A stretch of DNA of 64,000 nucleotides from an uncultured Kineosporiaceae bacterium (GCA_964516515.1 CAZEYA010000002.1:1075-65074); one strand, 5' to 3'. Shown: positions 1 through 9,037, counted from the stretch's first letter. Notes: generated by a model from the sequence alone, not told the origin. Numbers and translations: made by a program.

Positions 1-1
1 C

Positions 2-163
2 GAACCACTCCCGGCGCCGGCTGTCAGAGACGACGTCCATGGATCGCTGGTGGAGCTGTGGGCGGTCATCGAGCGCGAGGTCATGGCCGCCGGAATTGCG
101 GACTGGGAGATGTGGCTCGAGTTCGACCGGATGCTGCCCGAGTCCGTGGCGGGCCACGTATGA
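2..163 (+). CDS. C-terminal fragment of an upstream gene of unknown function (5-prime end outside window)
   Basis: Frame is open from the window edge and reads ...GSLVELWAVIEREVMAAGIADWEMWLEFDRMLPESVAGHV*. Its TGA (161-163) overlaps the ATG (160-162) of the next gene. No family recognised. Confidence 0.3.
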   Translation, partial: EPLPAPAVRDDVHGSLVELWAVIEREVMAAGIADWEMWLEFDRMLPESVAGHV

Positions 164-933
164 GCCGGACCGTCATCGAGGTCCATGCGCTGCGGAAGAC
201 CTACGCCGACGCGCGCGGGATCGAGGTCCACGCGTTGCGCGGTGTCGATCTCGTGGTCGAAGCCGGCGAGTTCGTTGCGGTCATGGGGCCGTCGGGCTCC
301 GGCAAGTCCTCCCTGCTCCACATCGTCGGCGCGCTCGACACCGCCACCTCGGGGGATGTGACGGTGGGCGGCACAGACCTGGTCCGATGCGGGGAGCGGG
401 AGCGCACTACCTTCCGGCGAGAGCAAGTCGGCTTCGTCTTCCAGGCGTTCCACCTTGTCCCCAGCATGTCCGTGGCCGAGAACGTCGCCCTCTCGGCTGT
501 GGTGGCCGACCACCCGCCGTCGACGTGGCGCGGCAGGTCCCAGGAACTGCTCGACGCGATCGGACTGGGCGACCTCGCCGCCCGCTACCCGTCCGACTTG
601 TCGGGTGGGGAGCAGCAGCGCGTCGCTGTCGCGCGTGCGATATTCGGACGGCCTGCGGTCCTGCTCGCGGACGAGCCGACGGGGCAACTCGACGCCGCCA
701 ACGGAGACGCCGTGCTGAAGCTCATGGGTGCGAGTGTGACCGCCGGCCCAGGCTCCTGCGGGGTGCTCGCCACTCACGATCCACGGGCCGCGAGCCATGC
801 CCACCGTGTCGTGGCCATGCGCGACGGCGTGGTCGTCGACACCCTGAACCTCACGCGACCCGGCGCCCCCGCGGGGGGTGACGATCATGCTGCGGACCGC
901 ATTCGTTCGTGGGTTGCGTCAGCTCAGGCTTGA
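160..933 (+). CDS. ABC transporter ATP-binding protein (MacB/LolD-type NBD)
   Basis: Walker A GPSGSGKSS, signature LSGGEQQRVAVARA, Walker B VLLADEPTG. Start placed at ATG 160 (MSRTVIEVHAL...) rather than ORF-track start 58. Confidence 0.9.
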   Translation: MSRTVIEVHALRKTYADARGIEVHALRGVDLVVEAGEFVAVMGPSGSGKSSLLHIVGALDTATSGDVTVGGTDLVRCGERERTTFRREQVGFVFQAFHLVPSMSVAENVALSAVVADHPPSTWRGRSQELLDAIGLGDLAARYPSDLSGGEQQRVAVARAIFGRPAVLLADEPTGQLDAANGDAVLKLMGASVTAGPGSCGVLATHDPRAASHAHRVVAMRDGVVVDTLNLTRPGAPAGGDDHAADRIRSWVASAQA

Positions 934-3400
934 CGCCCGCCGGCATCTGCTGCCGGCGTTCGCACTGACCTGTGGCGTGGCGTTGCTCTTCGGCACACTC
1001 GTCAGCAGTAGCGGTGTCCAGCAACGTCTCGCCGAGGGAGCGGACTCACTGGGTGGCCTCGGTGAAGTGGGGGTCGTCCCACGACTACCCGGCGGGCTGC
1101 TGTCCGAGGCCGAGGTGGCTGCCGTGGCCGACCTTCCAGGTGTGGCCACGGCGGTCTCTACCTACAGCGAGAGCACGACGATCCGTTCGGTGGGGGTCCC
1201 GGTCGCCCGATCGGAGCGGGACATCACCGTCACCGGCTATCCCACCGACCTGAACAGCACACTGCTCGCGCTGCCGTCGTCGGGCCGCCTTCCGGCGCCG
1301 GGCACCGCGGAGGTGGCCGTGCCTGACGACATCGCCGATGACCTCGGGCTCGAACCCGGCGATCAACTGGAGGTAGCCACGACCACCGGCACCGTCAGAT
1401 GGTCCGTGGTGGGCATTCTGCCGTCCGCCGACCTCGGCGTCCTCGCCGTCGACAACGTCTTCGTCGACATCGACACGGCACGCACAGCCTTCGCGGCGCC
1501 GGATGCGGCGACGCGCGTCGACCTGATCCTGGCCTCGGACGTCTCGGTCGGAGACTGGACGGCTGCGGCCACGCCAAGCCTGCCGTCGGGTGTCCGGGTG
1601 CAGGACACCTCGGCGTTGCGTACGTCGTTCGAGCCGCTCCTCGACGCCGTCACCGTGGTTCTCGTGGCCACATCGCTGGTGACCCTCGGGGTGTCCACCA
1701 TGCTCGGATCCTTGGCCTTCGCCTCCGCCGTCGATGCGCGGGGGGCCACATACGCCACGATGCGTGCCGTCGGAGCCTCCAGGGGGTGGCTCGCGCGCAT
1801 CGTTCTCGCCGAGGCACTCGTCATCGGGAGCATCTGCGTGGGACTCGGCCTCGTCGCAGGTCTCGGCGTCGCTGCCGTACTCACCAGGGTCCTCGCCGCG
1901 GCGGGGAGCCTACCTGTGGCGACGGCAGGCATCGACATAGGCTCGCTCGTCGTCGCGGGGGCCGTCGGTCTGGTCGCAGCGGTCGCCGGCTCGCTGGTGG
2001 CGATTCTCCAGGTCGTGCGCCAACCTCCGACCCACGGCCTGCGGGGGACTGCGGTACGTCACCGGCGATGGCGTCCGGCGGTCGTGACCGTCGCCGGTGG
2101 GCTCGTGGCAGGTGGCATCCTCGTCCTGTTGGCCGGGCGGTCGGAGCTGGCGTTGGCGGGAGTCGCCGCCCTGCTGGTCGGGGCCGCCATGCTGGCGCCG
2201 ACCGCCCTGGTGGGTCTGGCGTTCGTGGTCCGGCCCAGGAGCTGGACCGGACGGGTAGCTGCAGTGCGCCTGCGCACCCACCAGGCATTGGGCCCGGTGA
2301 CCGGATTGACGACCCTGGTCGTTGCTCTCAGCGCCGCCCTCATCGTGAGTGTGGCGGCCATCGACACGGCGATGCGGACCCAGCTGGCGCGCCAGTTCGG
2401 CGCCGACGTGCAGGTCTCCTCCCCGGTTCCCGACGCACGGGTGACGGCGTCCATCGAAGCGGACGACAATGTGGCAGCGGTCTCAGGTACCGCCTTCGGA
2501 GAGGCGCGTCTCGTCATCGGCGATCCGAGGGACACCACGGCGGCCGAGCGTGACGAGGGCACCGCGGTCACGGTGCTCGCCGTCGATCCGGACACCTACT
2601 TCGACACCGCGCAGCTGCCGTGGCGCGAGGGCGATGACGTCAGCACCCCGGCTGCTCTGTCTGCCGGGGGAACCGTGGTGCTCCCGGCTGCGCTGGCGCA
2701 GAGCCAGGGCCTGGTGCTGGGTGACACCGTGACGTTGGAGGCGGCGACGGCGGCGCGGCAGCTCGAGGTGGTCGGGACCTACGCCTCGCTGGTCACCGGC
2801 ACCCAGGTGGTGGTCGACCGGGAGACAGGCGGGACGCTGGGTGTGACAGCCGTCACCGACTGGAACGTCCGCGCCGAGGAGGGCGTGGCGCCCCAGGAAT
2901 TGCGGGACGAGCTCGCCGCCGCCCTCAGTGGAGTCCCCGGGGTGTCCGTCATCACGGCGGCGGACCTACTCGAGCGGGCCTCGTCGGAACTGGCGGTGTA
3001 CGTCACAGCCGTCGCCGCCATCGTCGTCCTCGCCCTGACCATCGGTGCGACAGGGGCCGGCGGGGTCTTCGCCCTGGAGATCGCCCGGCGGCGGCGGGAG
3101 CTGGGCGTCCTGCGGGCCGTGGGTGCCACCCCGGGGGCCATGCGCCGGCTCGTCGCCTGGGAGGCAGCCCTGGTCGCCGTTGCCGCCGTCATCGTCGGTC
3201 TCGTCGTCGGGCAACTGGCCGGGGCGCTCCTGACGACCGTCATCGCCGAAGCGCTCGGCGCAACCCTCGTGCCGTCGTTCCAGCCGTTGGCCCTGATCGG
3301 CGTCGCCGTCGTCACCGCTGCGGCCCTACAGGTGGCAGCCCTCGCGCCGGGAGCCCGTGCCGTACGCCTCCAACCAGTCGCGACCCTCCGGACGGAGTGA
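878..3400 (+). CDS. FtsX/MacB-type ABC transporter permease (840 aa, duplicated FtsX-like module)
   Basis: Two hydrophobic 4-TM-like blocks separated by large soluble domains. The C-terminal block RRRELGVLRAVGATPGAMRRLVAWEAALVAVAAVIVGLVVG is typical of FtsX-family permeases. Its start (GTG 878 or ATG 887) overlaps the 3-prime end of the ATPase gene. Confidence 0.85.
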   Translation: MTIMLRTAFVRGLRQLRLDARRHLLPAFALTCGVALLFGTLVSSSGVQQRLAEGADSLGGLGEVGVVPRLPGGLLSEAEVAAVADLPGVATAVSTYSESTTIRSVGVPVARSERDITVTGYPTDLNSTLLALPSSGRLPAPGTAEVAVPDDIADDLGLEPGDQLEVATTTGTVRWSVVGILPSADLGVLAVDNVFVDIDTARTAFAAPDAATRVDLILASDVSVGDWTAAATPSLPSGVRVQDTSALRTSFEPLLDAVTVVLVATSLVTLGVSTMLGSLAFASAVDARGATYATMRAVGASRGWLARIVLAEALVIGSICVGLGLVAGLGVAAVLTRVLAAAGSLPVATAGIDIGSLVVAGAVGLVAAVAGSLVAILQVVRQPPTHGLRGTAVRHRRWRPAVVTVAGGLVAGGILVLLAGRSELALAGVAALLVGAAMLAPTALVGLAFVVRPRSWTGRVAAVRLRTHQALGPVTGLTTLVVALSAALIVSVAAIDTAMRTQLARQFGADVQVSSPVPDARVTASIEADDNVAAVSGTAFGEARLVIGDPRDTTAAERDEGTAVTVLAVDPDTYFDTAQLPWREGDDVSTPAALSAGGTVVLPAALAQSQGLVLGDTVTLEAATAARQLEVVGTYASLVTGTQVVVDRETGGTLGVTAVTDWNVRAEEGVAPQELRDELAAALSGVPGVSVITAADLLERASSELAVYVTAVAAIVVLALTIGATGAGGVFALEIARRRRELGVLRAVGATPGAMRRLVAWEAALVAVAAVIVGLVVGQLAGALLTTVIAEALGATLVPSFQPLALIGVAVVTAAALQVAALAPGARAVRLQPVATLRTE

Positions 3401-4542
3401 CAACCATGGCGTCGGTCGACGGTTCGCGAGGCGTGTCGCCACTGCGCCCCCGCCTGCGCGACAGCGTCCTCGTGTTCCAGCGGCACGAGCGCCTGCTGCA
3501 GTTCCTCTGTCTCATGGATTTGAGGGTGAAGGAGTTCGACGCCCCAAGCTTCGTCGCCGATCTGGTTCCGTTGCTGGACGGCTCCCGGACCTGCGACGAC
3601 CTCGCGGTGGCCCTGGACGGTTCCCAGGAGTTCTCGCTGGCCGGTCTGAGCGACGTGCTCAGGGTGATGCGCGACGAGCGCCTGCTCCACCGGGCAACCG
3701 ATGACTCGCAGAGCGCTGGGGGGCGTTACGAGCGCCAGGGCCGGCTCCTCGAGGAATTCATCGCCTCCTTCGATCACCTGCCGGCCTCGGTCCAGCAGTT
3801 GCAGCGCAGGTTGCTCGACTCCCATGTCGTCGTGGTCGGTGCCGGTGGCCTGGGCGGGCTCGTCCTGCAGTCTCTCGCCGCGGCCGGGGTAGGTCGACTG
3901 GAGGTCTTCGACCCGGACGTCGTCGAGCAGACCAACCTCAACCGCCAAGTCATCTACGGCCCCGCCGACCTGGGTGCGCCGAAGGTAGAGGCGGCCGCAC
4001 GCCGCCTCGAGGAGTTGAACCCGGACGTCATGGTGATCCCGCGACGCGAACGGATAAGCAGACCGGCGGACCTTGACGAGGCCGCTGTCCGGGCAGACCT
4101 TCTCATCAACTGTGCCGATGAGCCCAACGTCGGCGCCGTCTCCGATCTGGTCGCGGACGCGGCACACCCGGTCGGCACACCACACCTGGTCGGTGGGGCC
4201 TACGGCGCCAACCTCGGCGTCGCCGGCACGAGCGTCGTCCCTCATCGGACGACATGTTGGCGGTGTATTCGATCGGTCACCCGTAACGACCATGCACGAC
4301 TGGACGGTGTCGCGCTCAAGGGGCGTGGCCGTGGGAGTGGGACTCTCGCACCCATCACGAGCCTGGTCGGCAGCATCGTCGCGTGGGAGGCCTTGCGCAT
4401 CCTGCTCGATTTACCACTGGGCCTGGCCAACCAGGTCCGTGAGCTCGACATCTTCTCGCTGGAGTGGCGGGTACGAGAGATCAGCCCGCGCGACGGCTGC
4501 CCCCGCTGCCCGGACCGCGCGCTGGACCATGGCCGGATCTAG
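3397..4542 (+). CDS. ThiF/MoeB/MccB-like E1 adenylyltransferase with N-terminal PqqD-like (RRE-like) domain
   Basis: The N-terminal ~90 aa contain VADLVPLLDGSRTCDDLAVAL, resembling the PqqD/RRE motif. The core has the Rossmann motif VVVVGAGGLGGLV plus NLNRQ and LLINCADEP motifs of E1-like adenylating enzymes. Two CxxC pairs (CWRC, CPRC) fit a structural Zn site. GTG 3397 overlaps the permease stop (GTGA); ATG 3406 is an alternative start. Confidence 0.75.
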   Translation: MTTMASVDGSRGVSPLRPRLRDSVLVFQRHERLLQFLCLMDLRVKEFDAPSFVADLVPLLDGSRTCDDLAVALDGSQEFSLAGLSDVLRVMRDERLLHRATDDSQSAGGRYERQGRLLEEFIASFDHLPASVQQLQRRLLDSHVVVVGAGGLGGLVLQSLAAAGVGRLEVFDPDVVEQTNLNRQVIYGPADLGAPKVEAAARRLEELNPDVMVIPRRERISRPADLDEAAVRADLLINCADEPNVGAVSDLVADAAHPVGTPHLVGGAYGANLGVAGTSVVPHRTTCWRCIRSVTRNDHARLDGVALKGRGRGSGTLAPITSLVGSIVAWEALRILLDLPLGLANQVRELDIFSLEWRVREISPRDGCPRCPDRALDHGRI

Positions 4543-4548
4543 GCGGGG

Positions 4549-6384
4549 GTGAACGTGGTGACAGACCGCGAGCCCGGGGCGACCCCGGGCCCGGACAGCA
4601 GAGCCGGCTGGAGCCGGCGGGCGCGCATCCTCGTCGAGCCCCTCTTCACTCATCGGATCGACCTTGCTGTCCTCGCCGGCATCAGTCTTGCCAGCGCGGC
4701 AGCCGCCTTGGCTCAGCCCGTCGTGGTCAACATCATCGTCGGCGACGTTTCGAACGGGCAGGGCGTGGGTCCGTTGGCCTGGCTACTGCCCGCACTTTTC
4801 CTCATGGGCGCGCTGCTGCGCTCGGTCGAGGAGTACCGCTTGCAGTCCATGGCCGAGGACGTGGTCCTGGCCGTCCGGCGCCGCCTGGTCGAACACGTGC
4901 TGCGGCTGCGGATCGCGGAGTTCGATCAGCACCGGACGGGGGACCTCGTCGCCCGCCTCACGGCAGACGCCGGCGCCATCCGGAATGCACTGGTGCACGG
5001 GCTCTCCTCCGCGCTTAGTGGCACCTTCGTATTCGTGGGGGCACTCATCGGCATGCTGATCGTCGATCCCCTCCTGCTGGTGGTGACAGTTGCCGTCATC
5101 ACTGGAGCGACGCTGGCCGTTCTCGCTTTCGCTGGTCGCGTATCCCGCGCCAGTGCCGCTGTCCAGTCACTCGTCGGTCGCGTCGCCGCCATGTTGACTC
5201 GTTCGCTGGATGCCCTGCGGACAGTGCGGGCAGCGAATGCTACCGAGCGCGAAACGACCGCGCTGGTCGCACAGTGTGAGGACTCCCATGCCGCCGGGCT
5301 GAGACTGGCGCGCGCGCTCGCCCTCATCGCGCCTGCTTCCACCGTCACGATCCAGGTGTGCGCCGTCGCGATCATCGGTGTCGGGGGACTGCGGGTGGCC
5401 GCGGGGCAGTTGTCGGTCGCGGATCTCGCGACCTTCCTGCTCCTGCTCTTCTTTCTCCTGGTCCCCCTGACGCAGGCTTTCGGCAGCATCAGTGCGGTGG
5501 GCACGGCCGTCGGCGCTGCCGGACGTATCGCCGAGATCCTCGATCTGCCCCTGGAGAACGGGCGGCCTCCCGTTCAACGTGACCCGGTACCGCGTGGCCC
5601 CGGGTCCGACGACATCGCCGTCGCATTTGACGACGTCCATTTCTCGTACCCGGGAGCGATGTCTGACGGCCAGATGGCGACCCGCCCTTCTGGACCTGCC
5701 GCGCTCTGCGGGATCTCCTTCGATCTGCCGCGGGGAACGCGACTGGCGATCGTCGGTCCCTCGGGTGCGGGCAAGACAACGGTGCTCAGCCTGCTCGAGC
5801 GGTTCTACGAGCTCGACCGCGGTGTCATCCGCGTCGACGGCGTGGACATCCGGCAGTTCGATCACCGGGAGCTGCGGAGTCGCATCGGATACGTCGAACA
5901 GGGGGCGCCGGTGCTCGCTGGGACGTTGCGGGACAACCTTCTCCTCGCGTCACCGCACATGTCGGACGACGAGTGCGAGGCTGCGCTCGACGCGGTGGGT
6001 CTGTGGGCGCTGCGTTCACGCGGGACGTACTGGCTCGACCTCGATGTCGGTGAACGCGGCATCACACTGTCGGGTGGCGAGCGACAGCGGCTGGCCCTCG
6101 CCCGCGCCCTTCTCGGACGACCCCCCATCCTGCTCCTGGACGAATCCACCTCCAGCTTGGACAGTCGCAGTGAGAAGTTCGTAGGCCGAGCCGTCTCCCG
6201 GGCGACGACCGGGTGCACGGTGATCATCGTGGCCCACCGCCTGGCGACGGTCGTCGACTCCGACGCCATCCTCGTCCTCGATGAGGGTCGTGCTGTGGCC
6301 TACGGCACGCACGATGACCTCCTGAAGACGACGGCCCTGTACCGGCAGCTCGCCGAGCATCAACTTATCGCCAGCTTCGCGTAG
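4549..6384 (+). CDS. ABC exporter, fused permease/ATPase (MsbA/MdlB-type half transporter)
   Basis: N-terminal multi-TM exporter domain followed by an NBD with Walker A GPSGAGKTT, signature LSGGERQRLALARA, Walker B ILLLDEST and H-loop IIVAHR. Starts 7 nt after the ThiF-like stop. Confidence 0.9.
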   Translation: MNVVTDREPGATPGPDSRAGWSRRARILVEPLFTHRIDLAVLAGISLASAAAALAQPVVVNIIVGDVSNGQGVGPLAWLLPALFLMGALLRSVEEYRLQSMAEDVVLAVRRRLVEHVLRLRIAEFDQHRTGDLVARLTADAGAIRNALVHGLSSALSGTFVFVGALIGMLIVDPLLLVVTVAVITGATLAVLAFAGRVSRASAAVQSLVGRVAAMLTRSLDALRTVRAANATERETTALVAQCEDSHAAGLRLARALALIAPASTVTIQVCAVAIIGVGGLRVAAGQLSVADLATFLLLLFFLLVPLTQAFGSISAVGTAVGAAGRIAEILDLPLENGRPPVQRDPVPRGPGSDDIAVAFDDVHFSYPGAMSDGQMATRPSGPAALCGISFDLPRGTRLAIVGPSGAGKTTVLSLLERFYELDRGVIRVDGVDIRQFDHRELRSRIGYVEQGAPVLAGTLRDNLLLASPHMSDDECEAALDAVGLWALRSRGTYWLDLDVGERGITLSGGERQRLALARALLGRPPILLLDESTSSLDSRSEKFVGRAVSRATTGCTVIIVAHRLATVVDSDAILVLDEGRAVAYGTHDDLLKTTALYRQLAEHQLIASFA

Positions 6385-6447
6385 ACACATCGCGGGTCGC
6401 GGCATGTCGACTTCACACTCGGACGGCCTCACTCGTCTGATGAGAGT

Positions 6448-7218
6448 ATGGATTTGACCGAACCCGTGACATCGACGGCCATGACCACCCTGATCGACGA
6501 GCGGGGGGAGCACACCCGCGGATTGACCATCTTGCGCCGGGCGGCAGACGTGGCCCTGACAGCAGGATCGAGGGGCGCCGTGCGGTTGAACACGGACGCC
6601 CGCGTCGAGGAGACCGGCCTCGAGCTGCGGTGGAGCGAGGCCTACGTCGTGGACACGGCGGGAGGGGCGCTGAGCGTCGTCAAGGCACAGATCCCCGCAG
6701 ACCGGATCGCTGCGCTGCGGGCCGGTCGCCCGCTGCGGTGGCCGGCGCCGTCCGCCCGGCCGTCCACCAGAGCCATCGCGGGCGTCATCGCCCAGTTGGC
6801 CCGAACCGGTGGGCCGGCCGCGGCCGAACCCGTCGACGTGGTGGCCCGTTACATCGAGGAGTTCAAGAACCAGTCACGCTTCACCGTCTTCCCAAAACTG
6901 TTTGGCCCCGACTTCCGCCACCACTTCGATTTTCCCGGCCGGGGACCCGGGTTCGAGTCCTTCATGAGCGTCGGCCGGGACCTGCTCGGTTCGTTCAAGG
7001 AGTTGCACGTCACCGTGGATGACCTGTTCGGCGAAGGGGAGCTGGTGGTCGAGAGCAACACGGTCCACGCCGTACACCGGGGCGACTTCGCCGGCGTCGC
7101 GGGCACCGGCCGCCCGGTGACGTGGACGGAGATCCACTTCTACCGGGTAGTGGCCGGCCGCATCGTCGAGAACTGGCCGACCGTGGACGTCGAACGGCTC
7201 GTCGGGTCGCTCGGGTGA
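6448..7218 (+). CDS. SnoaL-like / ester-cyclase (NTF2-fold) domain protein with unrecognised ~125-aa N-terminal extension
   Basis: The C-terminal part (VDVVARYIEEFKNQSRF...FMSVGRDLLGSFKELHVTVDDLF...VTWTEIHFYRVVAGRIVENW) matches predicted ester cyclase/SnoaL-like proteins. The N-terminal half has no motif I recognise, so the start is uncertain. Confidence 0.65.
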   Translation: MDLTEPVTSTAMTTLIDERGEHTRGLTILRRAADVALTAGSRGAVRLNTDARVEETGLELRWSEAYVVDTAGGALSVVKAQIPADRIAALRAGRPLRWPAPSARPSTRAIAGVIAQLARTGGPAAAEPVDVVARYIEEFKNQSRFTVFPKLFGPDFRHHFDFPGRGPGFESFMSVGRDLLGSFKELHVTVDDLFGEGELVVESNTVHAVHRGDFAGVAGTGRPVTWTEIHFYRVVAGRIVENWPTVDVERLVGSLG

Positions 7219-7835
7219 GCCTGGCCCAGGATCGGCATGTCGACGACCTTGCCCTGGTGGCCCGCTGCCTGGACGCCCGGTTCGAGGCATGGGAGGAACT
7301 GATCCGCCGGTTGCAGCGGCCGGTGTACACCCTCGTCGTGCGGTTCGTCTGGTCCGTCCACGACGCCGAGGACGTGACGCAGGAGGTGCTGCTGAAGGTG
7401 GTCACAGTGCTGCACTCCTATCGCGGTGAGGCCGCGTTGACCACGTGGGCCTACCGCATCGCCAGCCGGCACCTGATCGACCTGGCCCGCCGCCCGAGCG
7501 AGGCGCTGACGTTTGACGAGGGCCGCGAGCACCTACTGGTGGGCCTGGCGGAGCCGGAATGGGCTGGTCCAGAGGCCACCGCACTGGCCGGGGAAGTCAA
7601 GATCGGGTGCTCTACGGCCGTGCTGGACCTGCCGGGACCCGACGCCGCCTGGGTGCTCGACGTGGATCCCACCGTGCACCGCAAGCGGCCGGTCCGGGGC
7701 CAGGCGCGGCGGCTGGTGGCCGACCTCGACACCCTCGGCGACGACCTGGCGATCATGCGCAGCAACCCCGACCTCGACCCTGTCAATTCGGTGCTGACCC
7801 GGCTGCGGGAGCTGGTGACCACGGGTGGTCTGTGA
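7215..7835 (+). CDS. ECF-type sigma-70 family protein with atypically short region 4
   Basis: Region 2 motifs are DAEDVTQEVLLKVV and TTWAYRIASRHLIDLARR. A KIGCSTAVL box is followed directly by DLPGPDAAWVLDVDPTVHRKR, a possible 4.2 HTH. GTG 7215 overlaps the TGA of the upstream gene (GTGA). Confidence 0.6.
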   Translation: MSLAQDRHVDDLALVARCLDARFEAWEELIRRLQRPVYTLVVRFVWSVHDAEDVTQEVLLKVVTVLHSYRGEAALTTWAYRIASRHLIDLARRPSEALTFDEGREHLLVGLAEPEWAGPEATALAGEVKIGCSTAVLDLPGPDAAWVLDVDPTVHRKRPVRGQARRLVADLDTLGDDLAIMRSNPDLDPVNSVLTRLRELVTTGGL

Positions 7836-7905
7836 CGAAGAGACCAAGGTGGCGGGCTGTGGGGGATAGCCAACACAGTGGTCGATTCGGCCAAGCGCTG
7901 CGCAC

Positions 7906-8160
7906 TTAGCCGGGTCCGTCCGTGCCAGCCCGCGCGTCAGCTGTAGGTGGATCCAGCAGGCGAGCCAGATGGTCGACCAGGTTGATCAAATCGTCGAGGC
8001 CAGCCAGGTTGTCCAGCACTAGGGCGTCGTCGACATCGGCGTACCGGTGCACCAGGACGTTCCGAAATCCCGCGGCCCCCGCCAGCCGTCGGCCCAGTCC
8101 CGGGTCGATCGACCCGCCACGACCCAGGGCGACGAAGGCGTCGGCGTTCGACGACGGCAC
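7906..8160 (-). CDS. DUF86/HepT-like HEPN domain protein, apparently N-terminally truncated (possible pseudogene)
   Basis: Contains the RNxxxHxY motif (GFRNVLVHRYADVD) typical of HepT toxins. The motif sits ~33 aa from the N-terminus of an 84-aa ORF. The frame stays open upstream into the Uma2 gene 3-prime end without an ATG, GTG or TTG. No MntA-like partner is adjacent. Confidence 0.5.
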   Translation of the reverse strand: MPSSNADAFVALGRGGSIDPGLGRRLAGAAGFRNVLVHRYADVDDALVLDNLAGLDDLINLVDHLARLLDPPTADARAGTDGPG

Positions 8161-8239
8161 TGGGCCGCCTTCGGTCGCCAGGACGATGTCAGCAAGGAAG
8201 GTCGCTGCGCCACCGTATGGCTTGGGCGGTGATCTGTTG

Positions 8240-8827
8240 TCAGCTGTAGCTGCCCAGATCCGTGACCGTGAGCGCCACCCACGGCAGTGCGGGGTCGCTC
8301 ACCACGTCGTCACCTCCACTGCGGTGGGTGCCGATGCGCTGGTATGCGCCGTTGATGAGGTGATGCACGGTCACCCTGGTCTCTGGCGCCAGTTCGACGA
8401 GCCAGAAGGACGCAATGCCGGCTAGGGCGAACTCCCGTGGCTTCTCCCGGTGGTCCGCCGTGGCAGTGCTGGGGCTGACCACCTCGACCGCCAGCACGAC
8501 GTCTACGGCCGGTGTACTGGTGACGTCCCAGGTCTGCCCGGGCGTCACCCGGGCGACGACGACATCGGGGATGCGGGCGGCGACGGGGACAGTTGACAGC
8601 ACGACGATCTCCTCCTCCAGCACCCGCATATCGCCGGGCGCGCAGGCGCGCAAAGCAGCGGCGATGAGACTCTGGATGTTGCGGTGTCGTTGCGTGGCAC
8701 GGGTCATCGGTCGCAGCACCCCGTCGATGATCTCGGCCCTGGTGTCCTCCGGAAGGGCGAGGTACTCGGCCAGAGACAGCGGTGTCCCAGCGTCGATCAC
8801 CGACCCTGGGCGTTCGAGCAGCATCAT
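8240..8827 (-). CDS. Uma2 family (DUF820) endonuclease
   Basis: LSLAEYLALPEDTRAEIIDGVL...IPDVVVA...VVLAVEVVSPST... is typical of the Uma2/PD-(D/E)xK family. Start set at ATG 8827, which is preceded by AAGGAGG with 5-nt spacing. Confidence 0.85.
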   Translation of the reverse strand: MMLLERPGSVIDAGTPLSLAEYLALPEDTRAEIIDGVLRPMTRATQRHRNIQSLIAAALRACAPGDMRVLEEEIVVLSTVPVAARIPDVVVARVTPGQTWDVTSTPAVDVVLAVEVVSPSTATADHREKPREFALAGIASFWLVELAPETRVTVHHLINGAYQRIGTHRSGGDDVVSDPALPWVALTVTDLGSYS

Positions 8828-9037
8828 GCGCGCCTCCTTCGTCATCTCCAGTGTAGGCAGCGGGCCCTGTGGACAACGGTCGCACGCTCCGCCTGTGGAC
8901 GGATCCGCCGTGCGGCGAACCCCCTCCCTGCCGGCGAAGGGACGCCGGGAACGCGACCTCAGCGCGGGTCCGCTCGGCAGGGAGGATGACGGCGGGCCCG
9001 AGTTCACACTGACACCCGCTGCTGCGCCTTACAGGGC

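Noticed and set aside
6404-6457. 17-codon ORF (MSTSHSDGLTRLMRVWI) between the ABC exporter and the SnoaL-like gene, as a candidate RiPP precursor for the ThiF-like enzyme.
   Set aside because: It has no Shine-Dalgarno sequence, uses codons that are rare here (aga, gta, att) and does not end in Asn or Glu as MccA/PaaP-type substrates do. It also overlaps the next gene start. It is kept only as something to re-examine if comparative data show conservation.
6945-6965. gggttcgagtcc string resembling a tRNA T-loop.
   Set aside because: The flanking bases cannot form a T-stem or the rest of a cloverleaf. The string lies inside a well-supported coding region and differs in the paralogous copy (ggcttcgaattc).
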